DNA of 63,835 bases, the filler included, from Octopus bimaculoides (Eukaryota), in NCBI RefSeq assembly GCF_001194135.2. It is 8 parts of 8 records of this genome, joined end to end, with 100 filler letters (N's around TTAATTAATTAA, not from the genome) between each part and the next. Parts side by side here need not be neighbours in the genome. Positions count along the whole stretch, not along the records: positions 10,722 to 30,416 come from NC_069001.1; 7 more parts are not named here. One strand, 5' to 3'. Positions 12,871 to 25,974 of the stretch are shown piece by piece; within the stretch, counting starts at the first letter, position 1, and each line of letters begins with the position of its first letter. Position numbers and translations under genes: made by a program. The notes below the pieces were generated by a model. That model saw nothing but the letters and a program-made list of their open reading frames with translations, was not told the origin of the DNA and ran no database searches.

Positions 12871-14020
12871 ACAATGACACGAATATTACGAGCATGAAAC
12901 ACAGCCGGGCTAAAGCGGGAGATGGGGAGGGAAACTTCTTTACGTTTATCAAATTTCAAATCACCCTAAAACACATATGAAGATTTCAGAAACACACTGG
13001 TTCCCTTTTCTTTATGCTGATCCGGATCGTGTGGCATATAAGGAAAGGGAATTGATTTAGGACTAATCTCGATCTTCCAAAATTCGGGTTGTAGGTCGCT
13101 GGTTCTAGTCGTGAACAGCGATATAATAGCTGTAGTGTTTTTATATAGGTTATCGCTTATACCTCGAGAGGACGGTTTTCTTCAAATATTTATAGGCTTT
13201 CCTAGAAGCATCTAACTTGTTAATGTTAGTGGGCAACTGCAGTGGCATCATAAACGCATGCAGAGGTTGTGTTGAAGTACACAATAGGAGACGCAAGTGC
13301 AAAAGTTTCAAAAACGTGCACTAGGATTTCCAACATTTTGACAAGCAGTGTGAATCTGACCAAACCACAACGGATCGTTCAGACCGTATATAGATAGAGC
13401 ACACTTTTGGGGTAGTAGGCTATACAGACCATAAATTCGAGATGTATACAGGTAACTTAGACAAGGCTAATGAACAAGGTCTCAAGTACAAGAAACGGAG
13501 TGGATCTTTCCCGGAAGTGAAGATTTCAGGTAAAAGACAGCGAATTAGTTACGCAGGAATTGGTGGAAGCCATTATCATTATTATTAACAGAGAAAGGGC
13601 GTCGGTTTTACTGAAATCAAACAGAATTTGCCATTGTATTTAGCAAAGAAGTAACAAAAGAGGACAACAAATTAGAACAGTGCTACTCAAGTTGCTGGGT
13701 AGGTCTACATTTGCCTGTGCGCGAACTCTCCACTGCTGGTTGCTCCTGTTTGCTTCCACTAAAGAAACAAAACAATGATAATTTATGAGGTGTATGCAGA
13801 ACAGCGAGAATCCAAGTAGTAACGTACCTATTCATTCTCCATGCTATCTGGTAAATTCGAACGCGTATATCTGATAGCTGTTATTTTCCGTCATCGGAGA
13901 ACCATTCCTCCATTAAACGGTATGTGTTCATAACATGCAACTCACTGGTATAAGGGGAATTTGAGATACCACTGTGTTTCCATCTTATTGTGTGTCCCGT
14001 TAGTCAAAGCCACCTCAAGT

Positions 14021-14203
14021 GTTCCAGTTGATCCGAACAACGGAACAGCCTGCTCGTGAAATTGTACAACTCATTTTTGCCAGTTGAGTGGACTGAGGCA
14101 ATGGAAAATAAAGCGCTCAAGGAAACAACACGACTTCGGGTATCGAACTCACGACTTTATGGTATCAAAACAAACGCCCTAACCACTTAGCCACGCGCCT
14201 TCA
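14021..14203 (-). mobile_element. Chimeric tRNA-SINE: family-D-like head with CORE-like segment, family C 3' tail
   Basis: 14064-14203 resembles the head at 50172. 14021-14063 matches the family C tail aatttcacgagcaggctgttccgttg. Confidence 0.75.
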
Positions 14204-14663
14204 TGACGTGTATTCATAACATACGATTCACAGGTGTAAGAGGACTCTCAGACATCGCGGTGTTGTTGAACTAAAAACATATATTTTAACTTAGCTTTAG
14301 TAAATTTCTGTTTTAATTGGTCACCGATCTTTGAGTATCAGTCAGTGCAATAATAAAATGATTGGCCAAATGCTATTCTCGTTAAAACAAAAGAATAACA
14401 ACAAACTGTTTAATAAAGGTACAAAGAAATAGATATTCTAATTAGTATATTTTGATAGTGTTTATAATAGGCTTTTAATTGGTGTTGTGTAAAGGAGGTG
14501 GGTTTCACAGTTACTGTGTTTTGATAGGGGTTACATTAAACACTTGATAGAGACGGACAGGTGGTGACAGTCCTTCTTAATTACGTTTAATATAGCAGCT
14601 TTAATTAGTGTTGACTCAGCAAATTCCTGCTAGCGTCACACATTTTGTTAACCAGTGAATATA

Positions 14664-14694
14664 GGTAGTAGTAGTAGTAGTAGTAGTAGTAGTT

Positions 14695-14741
<47 letters not shown>

Positions 14742-14756
14742 TGCAGCAGCAGCAAC

Positions 14757-14834
<78 letters not shown>

Positions 14835-14849
14835 TGCAGCAGCAGCAAC

Positions 14850-14905
<56 letters not shown>

Positions 14906-14910
14906 CAGTT
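14664..14910. repeat. (AGT)n microsatellite with a 93-bp higher-order duplication
   Basis: The interruption ttgcagcagcagcaac occurs at 14741 and 14834. Confidence 0.93.
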
Positions 14911-14930
14911 GTAGTTGCTTGGACACGCGG

Positions 14931-15514
14931 TTAGCGTATTTTCCAGTTGTCTTCGATATTATTCATGCAAGTCTTCTTTGCGTTTTGTTCGATGCTTTTT
15001 GCATCAACGATAGTTGTGTCACTATTTGGATCTCTTTGGTCTTTCTGGTTGTTAATTTCTAAATCAGGAGAAGCAATGGTAGGTTTGTTAGTATTTGGGA
15101 GTCTTTGGTCATTGTTAACTTGTAGGCTAAAAGACTTTTTAAATTTCTGACTAAGCTTCATGACTGAAGTTTGCTTGGGATCTTCATGCTTGAGTGCAGT
15201 TCGTAAGAGCACATCACTTGTATTAAGGTACGTTTCCAGGCCTAGTATTGCTGGTTTGAAGGATTAAGGATTTGTTCGAGATGTATCAGGCTTCTTCCAC
15301 CTATTTTTCTTGGGAGATAAATTCTGTCTACATCTGATTTTGGGCGGTGCATTCGGTACCTTGTAAAGATTTTACGGATCTTTCTATCCATATTCTGCAT
15401 GTCAGTGAGACTCCAATTAATGATACCGAAACTATATGTGGTTAGTGGTATGGCCAAAGAATTGATCTCATTAATTCTGTTAGCAGCATTTAATTCTGAG
15501 TTTAGGACTGAGTT
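14931..15514 (-). mobile_element. R4/Dong-like non-LTR retrotransposon fragment (post-RT region), frameshifted
   Basis: ELNAANRINEINSLAIPLTTYSFGIINWS...DRKIRKIFTRYRMHRPKSDVDRIYLPRKIGGRSL is typical of the R4-clade RT C-terminal/thumb region. Confidence 0.85.
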
Positions 15515-15567
15515 TATTATTATTATTATTATTATTATTGTTGTTGTTGTTGTTGTTATTATTATTA

Positions 15568-15619
<52 letters not shown>

Positions 15620-16468
15620 ATTTTGACTTTTGCTTTGTATTCGTACAAGTTGGATCCAAGTCTCACCAAGAGACCTCAAGAGACAAGTTAGAAGTTTAAA
15701 TTAGTGTTATGCCTAGGGTGTCATATATTTGGTTTTTACTTAGTATTGTTCTATTCTAGAGAATGTTTAAGGAAAAATATGAAAATTATGAGTTTGTTTT
15801 AAAATTTGAGATGACATAGGCAGTATTTTACGTAGGATATGGACAGTTCCCATGAGCACAATCTTTTGAATTTCTACCATTTTGAGGTCTCCTGGTATCT
15901 GAGCTAGGTAGCAATCAGCCCCTTTTGCTATCATTCCTAGGGCACCTATGACAAGTATTGTTTTAGTCTTCAGGTTCCACATTTTGCCAATTTCTATTTC
16001 AAGATCTTTATACTTGCTCAGTTTTTGGTAGGTCTTGACAGATACATTTATATCGGTTAGGACAGTCATATCAATGAGGAGGCATGATTTTTGTCTGAAG
16101 TCTTTCAATATAATGTCTGGCCTATTCGCATCTATATTTCTGTCAGTTTGAACGGTGAAGTTCCAGAAGAGTGAGATGTGATCATTTTCAAGCACTGGAG
16201 GTGGCTTGGTTCCCACCAGTTCTTATCATGGGGCAGGTCTAGGTTTTTGCAAATTACCCAGTGAATATACTGCGCTGTTCTATCATGCCTGTCGAGATAC
16301 TCTGTAGGCGCAAGAAGACTGCATATGGAGACAACATGATAAATGGCTTCATTTTGTTGTTTACATATACGACATGTTGGTTACTGATATTCTTTAATAT
16401 GTTGGCCTGGTAGCTCCTTGTAGGTGGGCATTGATCTTGGGCTGCTATGATAAGCCCTTCTGTTTCTG
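15515..16468 (-). mobile_element. R4/Dong-like element 3' end: CCHC finger, REL endonuclease, 3' UTR, (TAA)n tail
   Basis: ETEGLIIAAQDQ; frameshifted CRICKQQNEAIYHVVSIC (C-X2-C-X8-H-X4-C); RPDIILKD...IDM...K..KYKDL (PD-D/ExK type); tail 15515-15618. Confidence 0.9.
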
Positions 16469-17450
16469 TTTTCGAGAAGCCTAGTTTCTCAAGATTAGTA
16501 TTTAGGCAATGTGTTACATATCCCAGGGCCCCAATAATTACAGGTATAAACCTGAACTTGTAATCTGGATAGAATAACTGCAGATTTCTCAATAGTTCAG
16601 CATAGGTGTTCTCTTTTTCACTGATATTCAGCTTTATGTTAACATCCACTGGGCAGCTAATTTCCACAACCGTGCACAATTTCTCTTTTCTATCCCAAAT
16701 CATTATATTACGTCTGTTGTGCTTGCATTTTATTGAGGTCTTCACTGAGACATTCCACCAGTAGTCCCTTTTATTATGAGTGGCTATGGCTTCTACTATA
16801 TTGTGGGTTCTTCCGACGGATTTCTTTATAGAGTGTCCTCGCTACAACGTCATGTCTCATCGGTTGATAATACCGTCATGACATTTTCAGACAACTGCTT
16901 ATGATGTGGGTGATATCTTCGGTGTTAACTTCACAAAGTCTGCATCGGTTGTCACATTTTATTGCTTTTCCTGCATCTCTAACCCTTTTGTGCATCAGGT
17001 ATTTGGTTGATATTTCCTGTTCTTAGATTGCAAACGCATGCCCTTCAAAATGGGAGGTAGTAATCCTGCTATTGGTTCATGATAGACTGCTCTGATGACC
17101 AATGTCATCTTTGGGCATGTATTTCAGGTTGTCAAACAAGGAATGTTGCTCAAGGAGCTGCTTTCCAAGTTCTGTTGTCATAACCTCATGTATGCGAATC
17201 TGGTCACTTCGAGACTTGGTGGTTAAAAGAGGTTGCTGAAGGGATATGATACGACATTCAAAAGCATTTAAGATCGATCTTAAGCCTCTACTGCCTTGTT
17301 TTCGCTTTAGGTTGAGGTGGTCTACGTCACTGTTTATGTAGAAATTACGTGTGCTTGCAAGTATTATTCGAGTTTTCATCGATCTCATCAAGCGTCCAAT
17401 CAAAAGCCTTAATTTTGGTATGAGTACTGACACAAAGCGGAAAATTCCCT
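16469..17450 (-). mobile_element. Second, divergent REL-type non-LTR retrotransposon fragment
   Basis: NSDVDHLNLKRKQGSRGL; CRLCEVNTEDITHIISSC finger; HNRRNIMIWDRKEKLCTVVEISCP...EKENTY endonuclease region. Contains internal stops. Confidence 0.85.
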
Positions 17451-17651
17451 TATCTCATCAAGTAACCATCAACCAATCAATCTGTACTTTTACTAATAGC
17501 GATCTCAGCCGCATTTTCTCTGTCAAAACTAATTATTAGAACAACGACCAGAAAAGATACAGTTTGCGACATAGCTCAACATAATATACACTTTTCAAAT
17601 TCAAATGCGAAACTGGTTAATTAGTGTATGCATAGATACACGCATATACAT

Positions 17652-17705
<54 letters not shown>

Positions 17706-18216
17706 NNNNNNNNNNNNNNNNNNNNNNNNNNNNNNNNNNNNNNNNNNNNNNNNNNNNNNNNNNNNNNNNNNNNNNNNNNNNNNNNNNNNNNNNNNNNNNN
17801 NNNNNNNNNNNNNNNNNNNNNNNNNNNNNNNNNNNNNNNNNNNNNNNNNNNNNNNNNNNNNNNNNNNNNNNNNNNNNNNNNNNNNNNNNNNNNNNNNNNN
17901 NNNNNNNNNNNNNNNNNNNNNNNNNNNNNNNNNNNNNNNNNNNNNNNNNNNNNNNNNNNNNNNNNNNNNNNNNNNNNNNNNNNNNNNNNNNNNNNNNNNN
18001 NNNNNNNNNNNNNNNNNNNNNNNNNNNNNNNNNNNNNNNNTATATATATATACATACGTCCCCACAGTTTCTGTTGATCATTTACAAGGCTTTGGTCAAC
18101 CTGCGGCTATAGAGATACAGAACCTGAAATCACATGGTTGCAAAGCGAGCTTCTTAACCACGCACCCATGTTTCTGCCTGTTTATTATTTGATTTGATAT
18201 TTTATTCTAAAAAATA

Positions 18217-18400
18217 AAAGCCGGCGAGCTGGCAGAATCGTTAACAGTATTTCTTCCGTCTTTAAATTCCGTTCTAATTCTGCTGACATCGGCTTTACCT
18301 TTCTAGTTTGGTAGAATAAGTACCAGTAGAGCACTGGAACTGCTGTAATCGACTAAGCGCCTCCCTCAAAAATTCTGGCCTTGTCCCAAAATTTTAAACC
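18217..18400 (+). mobile_element. SINE family A, diverged
   Basis: Head ggcgagctggcagaatcgtt; 3' part ggccttgtcccaaaattttaaacc. Confidence 0.7.
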
Positions 18401-18878
18401 AATTTTATAAAATAACCATACGTCCGGAAGTTGTGTATAATTTATATATAATTTTTATCACCTAGGAGTTGTATATGATTAAAAGTAGTATATTTAATCA
18501 TTAATTAGATACATGATCGTGGACTAATGGAGCTTTTTATAAAAGCGTGACATGTGGTGGTTAAAACACAGACATTCTGAGTCTGATGGCATCAACAGTA
18601 TTAAAGAATTCGAGGGATTAACTGCCAAAAGTATTGAGGGGAAACTGTACCCGGGTATACGATCCTTTATACGTTTAATTGGTTCAGTCACCGAGGTAGT
18701 GACCAAATCGCGGTGTAGGATTTGTGGAAATGTTTTAAGTGATGATTTAATGAAACTGTCAAACTATTGAACTAGAAAGCATAATTAAATTAGTTGAAAG
18801 TTGAAAGAATTCTTTAACAGGAAATATATTGATTTAAGCTGGCCGTTGGAGACTGCTCTTTGAAGTGTCGCATTTTAT

Positions 18879-18924
<46 letters not shown>

Positions 18925-19403
18925 GCCCGCACGCACAAATAGCTGTACTGTGGGTTTCTTATAAACTAGTTTCTGTAACTATCGTTGAGCTACTATTGAA
19001 AGGATATGACATTTTGAAATGGCACTGTAACTCACCGGATTCTCAATCTAATTCACGATATGGAAGATCAAGCTGTAAGAAAGATGAAATTAGACTAGTG
19101 GTTCCCAAAGTGGGCAACACTGTCCCCCTGGGAGCGATGGAAAGATTCATGGGAGTACTGAAGAAAAGGGAGGGAGATAATGGGCTAACCAAAAGGCGAT
19201 GTAAACATTGGATGTAAAAACAACAAAAATAGATTGATTAGAGTGTTTTAATTGTGAAATACAGCTGTTTGAATTTGCTGCAGAAAGTGGTCTATGATTG
19301 CGGTGGTGAGTATAAGAGTGGGGGCGCTAGGAATTTGGCCGGAGTACCAAGAGGACGGCAGCTTGATAAAGTTTGGAAACCAATTAGACAGAGTACAGTC
19401 ACT

Positions 19404-19760
19404 ATACAACTGGCCGAAATGAGGTTCCTCAGAAGAATCTCTGGAGTAATGTTACTCGACAGAATGGTAGCTCGGAGTTCAGAGAATCTCTCCAGGCTGG
19501 ACCGCTACTTCACATTGAGAGGAAAATCTCCAGTACTATGGACGTGTAATTAGAATGTCGTAAGAAAGAATCGTGAGACGAATTCTTCAAACTCAGTCAT
19601 CTAGAAGACCTAGGAGTAGACCAAGAACGAAATGGTTGGAAAATATTCATATTCTCAGTTAGTCACGCTTGAGAAGCCAGCCGGAAACTGTAATGTCACA
19701 TGCTTCTGATAGGATCCTATAGATGAGGTACCTGAAGACTCTACCCCAACAACCCTACTA
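19404..19760 (+). mobile_element. RTE-clade LINE 3' fragment (Rex3/Expander-like)
   Basis: With frameshifts: QLAEMRFLRRISGVMLLDRM...RESLQAGPLLHIER...RMS*ERIVRRIL...RRPRSRPRTKW...LKTLPQQP, which matches the RTE ORF2 C-terminus. Confidence 0.85.
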
Positions 19761-21339
19761 GAAATAGTGGTTGGAGAAAATGGGTGGATGGAGGGACAGA
19801 GGAAAGGATTTTTTCTACGTTGCTTTGTGAGAGTACTGACGTTCTAATACGGCAGCTCTAGTGTTGAAGGGTGTCTAGAGTATTTGGTTTATTTCAGTTA
19901 TTGGACTGCGAACATGCAGAGGCACCGTGTTGAAAGTTTTATTAAATTTCTTTCAAATTGATGTAATGCTTTCCGTGATCGATTATATGCAACCACTTGA
20001 AACGGCCGTAATGCATTGATGCCTGGACATCCTTGTTACTTATTTGTGTGTGTATATATATATATATATNNNNNNNNNNNNNNNNNNNNNNNNNNNNNNN
20101 NNNNNNNNNNNNNNNNNNNNNNNNNNNNNNNNNNNNNNNNNNNNNNNNNNNNNNNNNNNNNNNNNNNNNNNNNNNNNNNNNNNNNNNNNNNNNNNNNNNN
20201 NNNNNNNNNNNNNNNNNNNNNNNNNNNNNNNNNNNNNNNNNNNNNNNNNNNNNNNNNNNNNNNNNNNNNNNNNNNNNNNNNNNNNNNNNNNNNNNNNNNN
20301 NNNNNNNNNNNNNNNNNNNNNNNNNNNNNNNNNNNNNNNNNNNNNNNNNNNNNNNNNNNNNNNNNNNNNNNNNNNNNNNNNNNNNNNNNNNNNNNNNNNN
20401 NNNNNNNNNNNNNNNNNNNNNNNNNNNNNNNNNNNNNNNNNNNNNNNNNNNNNNNNNNNNNNNNATATATATATATATATATATAGTCCTGCAAAAAACT
20501 CAGAAGTTTGAGCCTCCAGTGAGGCCTTCCGGGATACCCTTAAAGCCAGGAGCTCTTCAGCACCTCCTCATTCTAGCAGAGGACTTCTGCGCCAGGACAC
20601 TGAAAAATAATACCACCACCAGCAACAACAATTACACCTCTGGAATATACGGTGCAGTACAGCTAGATACGGATGAAATGCATGCCTTAGAGTTGCAACT
20701 GAAATTCGCTACATATAAGAAGGTCAGAAAAATTTATTGTCTCTCTGAGATTGAAAAAACCTTCTTATAAATAAGATGGCGGTTAGAACAATACAACAAC
20801 AATAACAGCAATAGCAGTAGCAACGTTAATGTTAGTGACAACAATAATGATAACCACAATATCCCCCACACAAACCATTATAACAACAACAATATAAACA
20901 TAGGAAACGAAAACAGCAACAATTATAATAATAGCTATAACAACAAAAATAGTGATGATAATAACAACAATGACAATAACAACAATAACCGCAACACACA
21001 CACACACAGACAGACAGTAATACCAACCACAACATCATCCACACCGGCACCAACACTTATACCACACACAACAATAACAACCACAACCACAACAACATTA
21101 TCAATGAACACAACACAAACACTGCCATCACCATCACCACCACCACAAGCTACAACAATGCCAGCATCTGTAACAACAACAACCACAACGATAGTAACAC
21201 CAGTAGCACCTTACACTCTGTCTTCTATAACCCCAACAACAAATCATACGATATGATGAGGAAATACCCCACAGACTCACCCTTCAACAACAGGGTATGC
21301 ATCCCAGCAGAGACTGACAGTGAATCAGAGGCAACGATT

Positions 21340-21790
21340 TCCTTAGCTAGAAATAGACTCCGACACATCTTAAACCAATATAACAAAACCACTAAAACAC
21401 ATAATGAGGGCGAGACCCACCAACTCAGTTCATTTGTTGCCAAAGGCCTACAAAAACTGAAACAGTGAATTGGGAACAGAGAATTAATGTGCCTCCCAAC
21501 GGATAAGTCTGGCAGACTGTCGATAGACAGCCGACAAAACTATGTCCAGACCATGCAACAACACATCAGTTGCATGAAAGAGGTTGCACCGCAGGAACAT
21601 AAAAGAGTGGAGAAACTTCTCAATGCACACATGGGAATGTGGTGTAACATACTTCAACCCCAAAAACGGACAGCACAAAATTTCCAAGCATTCAACAACG
21701 ATTTTTCCTACACCTTACAGGTTACGTAAGGATCATAAACCCTACGTAAACCCTGTTATGCCCCCCCCCAACCCTGCCTGTTTAGTGAGC
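21340..21790 (+). mobile_element. Penelope-like element RT N-terminal fragment (pseudogenised)
   Basis: ELMCLPTDKSGRLSIDSRQNY (DKG-like motif) followed by PTPYRLRKDHKP (equivalent of GLPKIHK). One in-frame stop and one frameshift. The ORF at about 20490-20770 may belong to the same element, separated by an (AAC)-rich tract. Confidence 0.72.
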
Positions 21791-22206
21791 GAATATCTCT
21801 AGCAATTACAGGCAATCCTACTTCTTCTCACAGGTGTTTTACCACTCATCAAAATGTCCCCGAATGTCTGTATGAGCATGAAGCATCTTCTCAGTAGAGT
21901 CAATAGTTGCAACCACTTCAACGACCTCACAGGATGTGTAGTGGTTTGTATGGATGTAGTTTCACTCTACCCATAGATTTTTGCAGTAGGAAAATGCGAA
22001 TATAAAAATTTTCATGTTACCTCTAGGAAAAACGTCAGAGAAATAGACAACCTAGTACTCGAGATTCGAACTTCTTAGAATACATTTGTTTTCGTAAAAC
22101 CGATTGGCCTTCGTCAGCTAGCTCTATCGAAGAGACTAAATTTAAAATATCCGCTATATCAATGCCTGTATACTCGGCCAATAGCCCCAGCCATAAATAC
22201 AACCGT

Positions 22207-22506
22207 AAGATCGTTATTTCAGATACCGATTATATCAAGTGGCTAGCATGGGAATAAAAACCTCATAAGTAGACTCGAAAACCACAATAAATGTTCATAC
22301 AGCACCAGGAGTTATTTTGTCTCTTTGTCTTTGCTCCTGGTGCTGTATGAACATTTATTATAGTTTTAGAGTCAACTTTTGGCTGCTACATCTAGCATGG
22401 TGGTATCTCTTACCCTTAATTATGATTTTAATAATAATTATTACCTATGAGGTTTTTATTCCCATGCTGACCACTTGATATGATCGGTATCTGAAATAAC
22501 GATCTT
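22207..22506. repeat. Nested inverted repeat (65-bp outer and 40-bp inner arms)
   Basis: 22207-22271 vs 22442-22506 match at 61/65; 22272-22311 vs 22334-22373 match at 37/40. The loop, inner arm and 3' spacer are directly repeated at 22857-22952. Confidence 0.92.
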
Positions 22507-22669
22507 ATCCTTATTTATATAAATTTATCTATTTACTTCCTCATTATATTCATTGCGGTGGTATTTTGAGCACATCGCACGAGGAGTTTTTGGCAGGCAA
22601 TGTAAATTGGTCGTGTGCATACGTGCATATATATGTGTGTGTACGTGCGTATATGTAAGTATTCGTATG

Positions 22670-22755
<86 letters not shown>

Positions 22756-23884
22756 TTATGTACTATTTTGTGTGTATTCCACAGGTGAGGCAAAGCATTT
22801 CTTATGCAAAGTCAGAAATCCGGGATCTGGAATTATCCAATAATTTTTTGCTAGCTTATTTTGTCTCTTTGTCTTCTCTCCTGGTGCTGTATGAACATTT
22901 AGTGTGGTTTTAGAGTCAAGTTTTGGCTGCTATATCTAGCATGGTGGTATCTTATAGTATACATTGAATTGATATTAGAACCATTCCCGTCAAATACAGG
23001 TGGGTAAAGATGGGATATAGTAAGAAATGAAATCTAATGCATAGTATAAGTACATTAGAAATATATAAATGAGTACATTCAGATACAAAATTTAAGCAAA
23101 TTTAATCCTTTAATCACATAATGAGTATAATGTATGATAAAAAAAAAATATATGTGATTGCAGTATACAGTGACTTTTATAAAAAAAAGTATAAATTGTC
23201 ACAAATTTATAAGCTATAAAAATTATTAAAATATATAAAAAAGGATATATAAAGGCATAAAAATATTAAAAAATATAAAAAGATAAAAGAATAACTTATA
23301 AGAATTTATAAGATATAATGGGTAATAAAAAAATATATAAACCATGAAAATATATAAAAGGGTACTAAAGGCATAAAACATAAAATATAGAAATTTATAA
23401 AGTATAAGAAAATTTTTTTATTTTAATTTTTATAAAAACGTATAAAAAGATAATATAGAAGGTATAAAAAAGATATAAAGAAGGATATAAGATAAAACAA
23501 AATAAAATTATATTTGTAATTATTAGTAAGAAAAAATTATACCCAGAATAATTATTATTAATACAAGATAAAATAAAATATAAATATACCAAGTTTTCAT
23601 AGAGATAAAATTACCTTTGGAAATGGGTTTATAAGATATATCTAAAGTATATCAAGGAAACTGATTGCGGTAGAATTGTAACAGATCTTAGAGGATATAT
23701 TTTATATTTAGGGGAGGAGCGAATTTTAAGAATCCATTAGAAAAAAATAAATATATTTTACATCAACTATGAAAGAAGAGATTCATCAATGGAAAAGAGT
23801 AAGTGCACATTGTAATTATTAAAAGTTTATCGATCAAAGGGGTTAATGGTCACTAGAATGCATTACTGAATAGGTTTCGATATC

Positions 23885-23990
23885 ACAGAGAGTAGTGAAT
23901 TGACACCTGTACATCTTGTTACTCATGAATGAATTAGCACCTGTACATCATTGTGATGAACTGACACCATTACATCTTTGTTACTCATTT
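23885..23990. repeat. Short minisatellite, about 30-bp unit x3
   Basis: gaattgacacctgtacatcttgttactcat / gaatgaattagcacctgtacatcattgtgat / gaactgacaccattacatctttgttactcat. Confidence 0.7.
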
Positions 23991-24905
23991 ACATTTTATT
24001 CACCTCCCCTGGAATCTGCACTTCGGAAATATTAGCGACAGTATTCTTATATAACGTACATGTCTGAACATCCAAGAGCTGATCTCTTCACTAAATTGGG
24101 TCGTGTTATCTGCATACACTGCAAGAATATCAAGTGCAAATACTTCTGCACAGAGTTTGATATTCACCTGATATTGTTTGGGTGTGCAAATTAGATCGAC
24201 CTAACAAGGTGCCTCAATTTAAGTGCTTAATTCAAATGAATCTTAATTGTATTAATATATATATATATATATANNNNNNNNNNNNNNNNNNNNNNNNNNN
24301 NNNNNNNNNNNNNNNNNNNNNNNNNNNNNNNNNNNNNNNNNNNNNNNNNNNNNNNNNNNNNNNNNNNNNNNNNNNNNNNNNNNNNNNNNNNNNNNNNNNN
24401 NNNNNNNNNNNNNNNNNNNNNNNNNNNNNNNNNNNNNNNNNNNNNNNNNNNNNNNNNNNNNNNNNNNNNNNNNNNNNNNNNNNNNNNNNNNNNNNNNNNN
24501 NNNNNNNNNNNNNNNNNNNNNNNNNNNNNNNNNNNNNNNNNNNNNNNNNNNNNNNNNNNNNNNNNNNNNNNNNNNNNNNNNNNNNNNNNNNNNNNNNNNN
24601 NNNNNNNNNNNNNNNNNNNNNNNNNNNNNNNNNNNNNNNNNNNNNNNNNNNNNNNNNNNNNNNNNNNNNNNNNNNNNNNNNNNNNNNNNNNNNNNNNNNN
24701 NNNNNNNNNNNNNNNNNNNNNNNNNNNNNNNNNNNNNNNNNNNNNNNNNNNNNNNNNNNNNNNNNNNNNNNNNNNNNNNNNNNNNNNNNNNNNNNNNNNN
24801 NNNNNNNNNNNNNNNNNNNNNNNNNNNNNNNNNNNNNNNNNNNNNNNNNNNNNNNNNNNNNNNNNNNNNNNNNNNNNNNNNNNNNNNNNNNNNNNNNNNN
24901 NNNNN

Positions 24906-24937
<32 letters not shown>

Positions 24938-25341
24938 GAGATGTGTGTGTATTCGCTTTTCACGCGAAAACGGCTTCACCAATTAATTCTATACTTGTAA
25001 TGCACGAATAATTTGATCTCGGACAAATGTTAAGCTCTTCATTTGATTTTTTTTTTTATTAAAAGTAAATAATATTGATTTATGTATATGATTCACTTCT
25101 TTAAAATGGCGTCTCAATGTCAAATTCTGGTATTGACGTAGCAACGACAAAAAGCTTCACCCTCTATTTTGACGTTTTCATTTCAAGTTTTAATTCAGTA
25201 TTTACAAACAACTACAATAAATTACTGAAAGAAATATTTACTAAGTTTACGAATTCAAACATTCCGGTCAAGAGCTTTTATGTATACGACTTTTTCATTT
25301 CATGTTTATTTCATTCATTGTTCGCAATATTTTCTCTCACC

Positions 25342-25392
<51 letters not shown>

Positions 25393-25974
25393 GTCAGTCA
25401 CACACGCAAACGTGTGTTGTCATAAGTACGTTTGTATACATTTATGTATGTGTGTGTTTGTGAGAGAGAGAGAGAGACAGTGAGTGAGTCAAAAGGTGTG
25501 TTGTCATATATACGTACATACATGAATACATGTGCATACATTTATATGTATGTGTGCATGTGTGTGTGACCGAGAGAGGGAGTGATGTCTAAGTGGCATT
25601 CACACACACACACACACACACACTCTCTCTCTCTCTCTCTTTCTCTCATACACACACACANNNNNNNNNNCACACACTCTCTCTCTCTCTCTCTTTCTCT
25701 CATACACACACACACAAAGATGTATGCATATTTATGCATGTACGTATACATAACAACACACCCCTTCTCTCTCAAAGGCGTCCATTTCCTCTGATATCTG
25801 ATACTGTGTATGTCTATACGTGGGGCGTTCCACAATCGCCATTTATTTCAATTACTCTTGTGAAGATATTCACGTAACCCATTTTTTCATTTAATCCCAA
25901 TTTTGATTTTCGTAAACGTTTCCGAGAACAATGTTCTCACTCTACAAGAGGAGTCAGGGTGTAGATGATTAGTA

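Noticed and set aside
13400-13580. Exon-like open frame ...MYTGNLDKANEQGLKYKKRSGSFPEVKISG with a GT donor
   Set aside because: Poor acceptor and no recognisable family. It would need RNA-seq or homology support.
16254-16745. 163-aa ORF as one gene
   Set aside because: It is a chimera of two LINE remnants and goes out of frame at the zinc finger.
18552-18770. 72-aa ORF with CRIC motif
   Set aside because: Single CxxC, no recognisable domain and no clear splice sites.
23100-23600. Extremely A/T-rich block as a mitochondrial control-region insertion
   Set aside because: No adjacent mitochondrial tRNA, rRNA or gene sequence. Consistent with plain low complexity.
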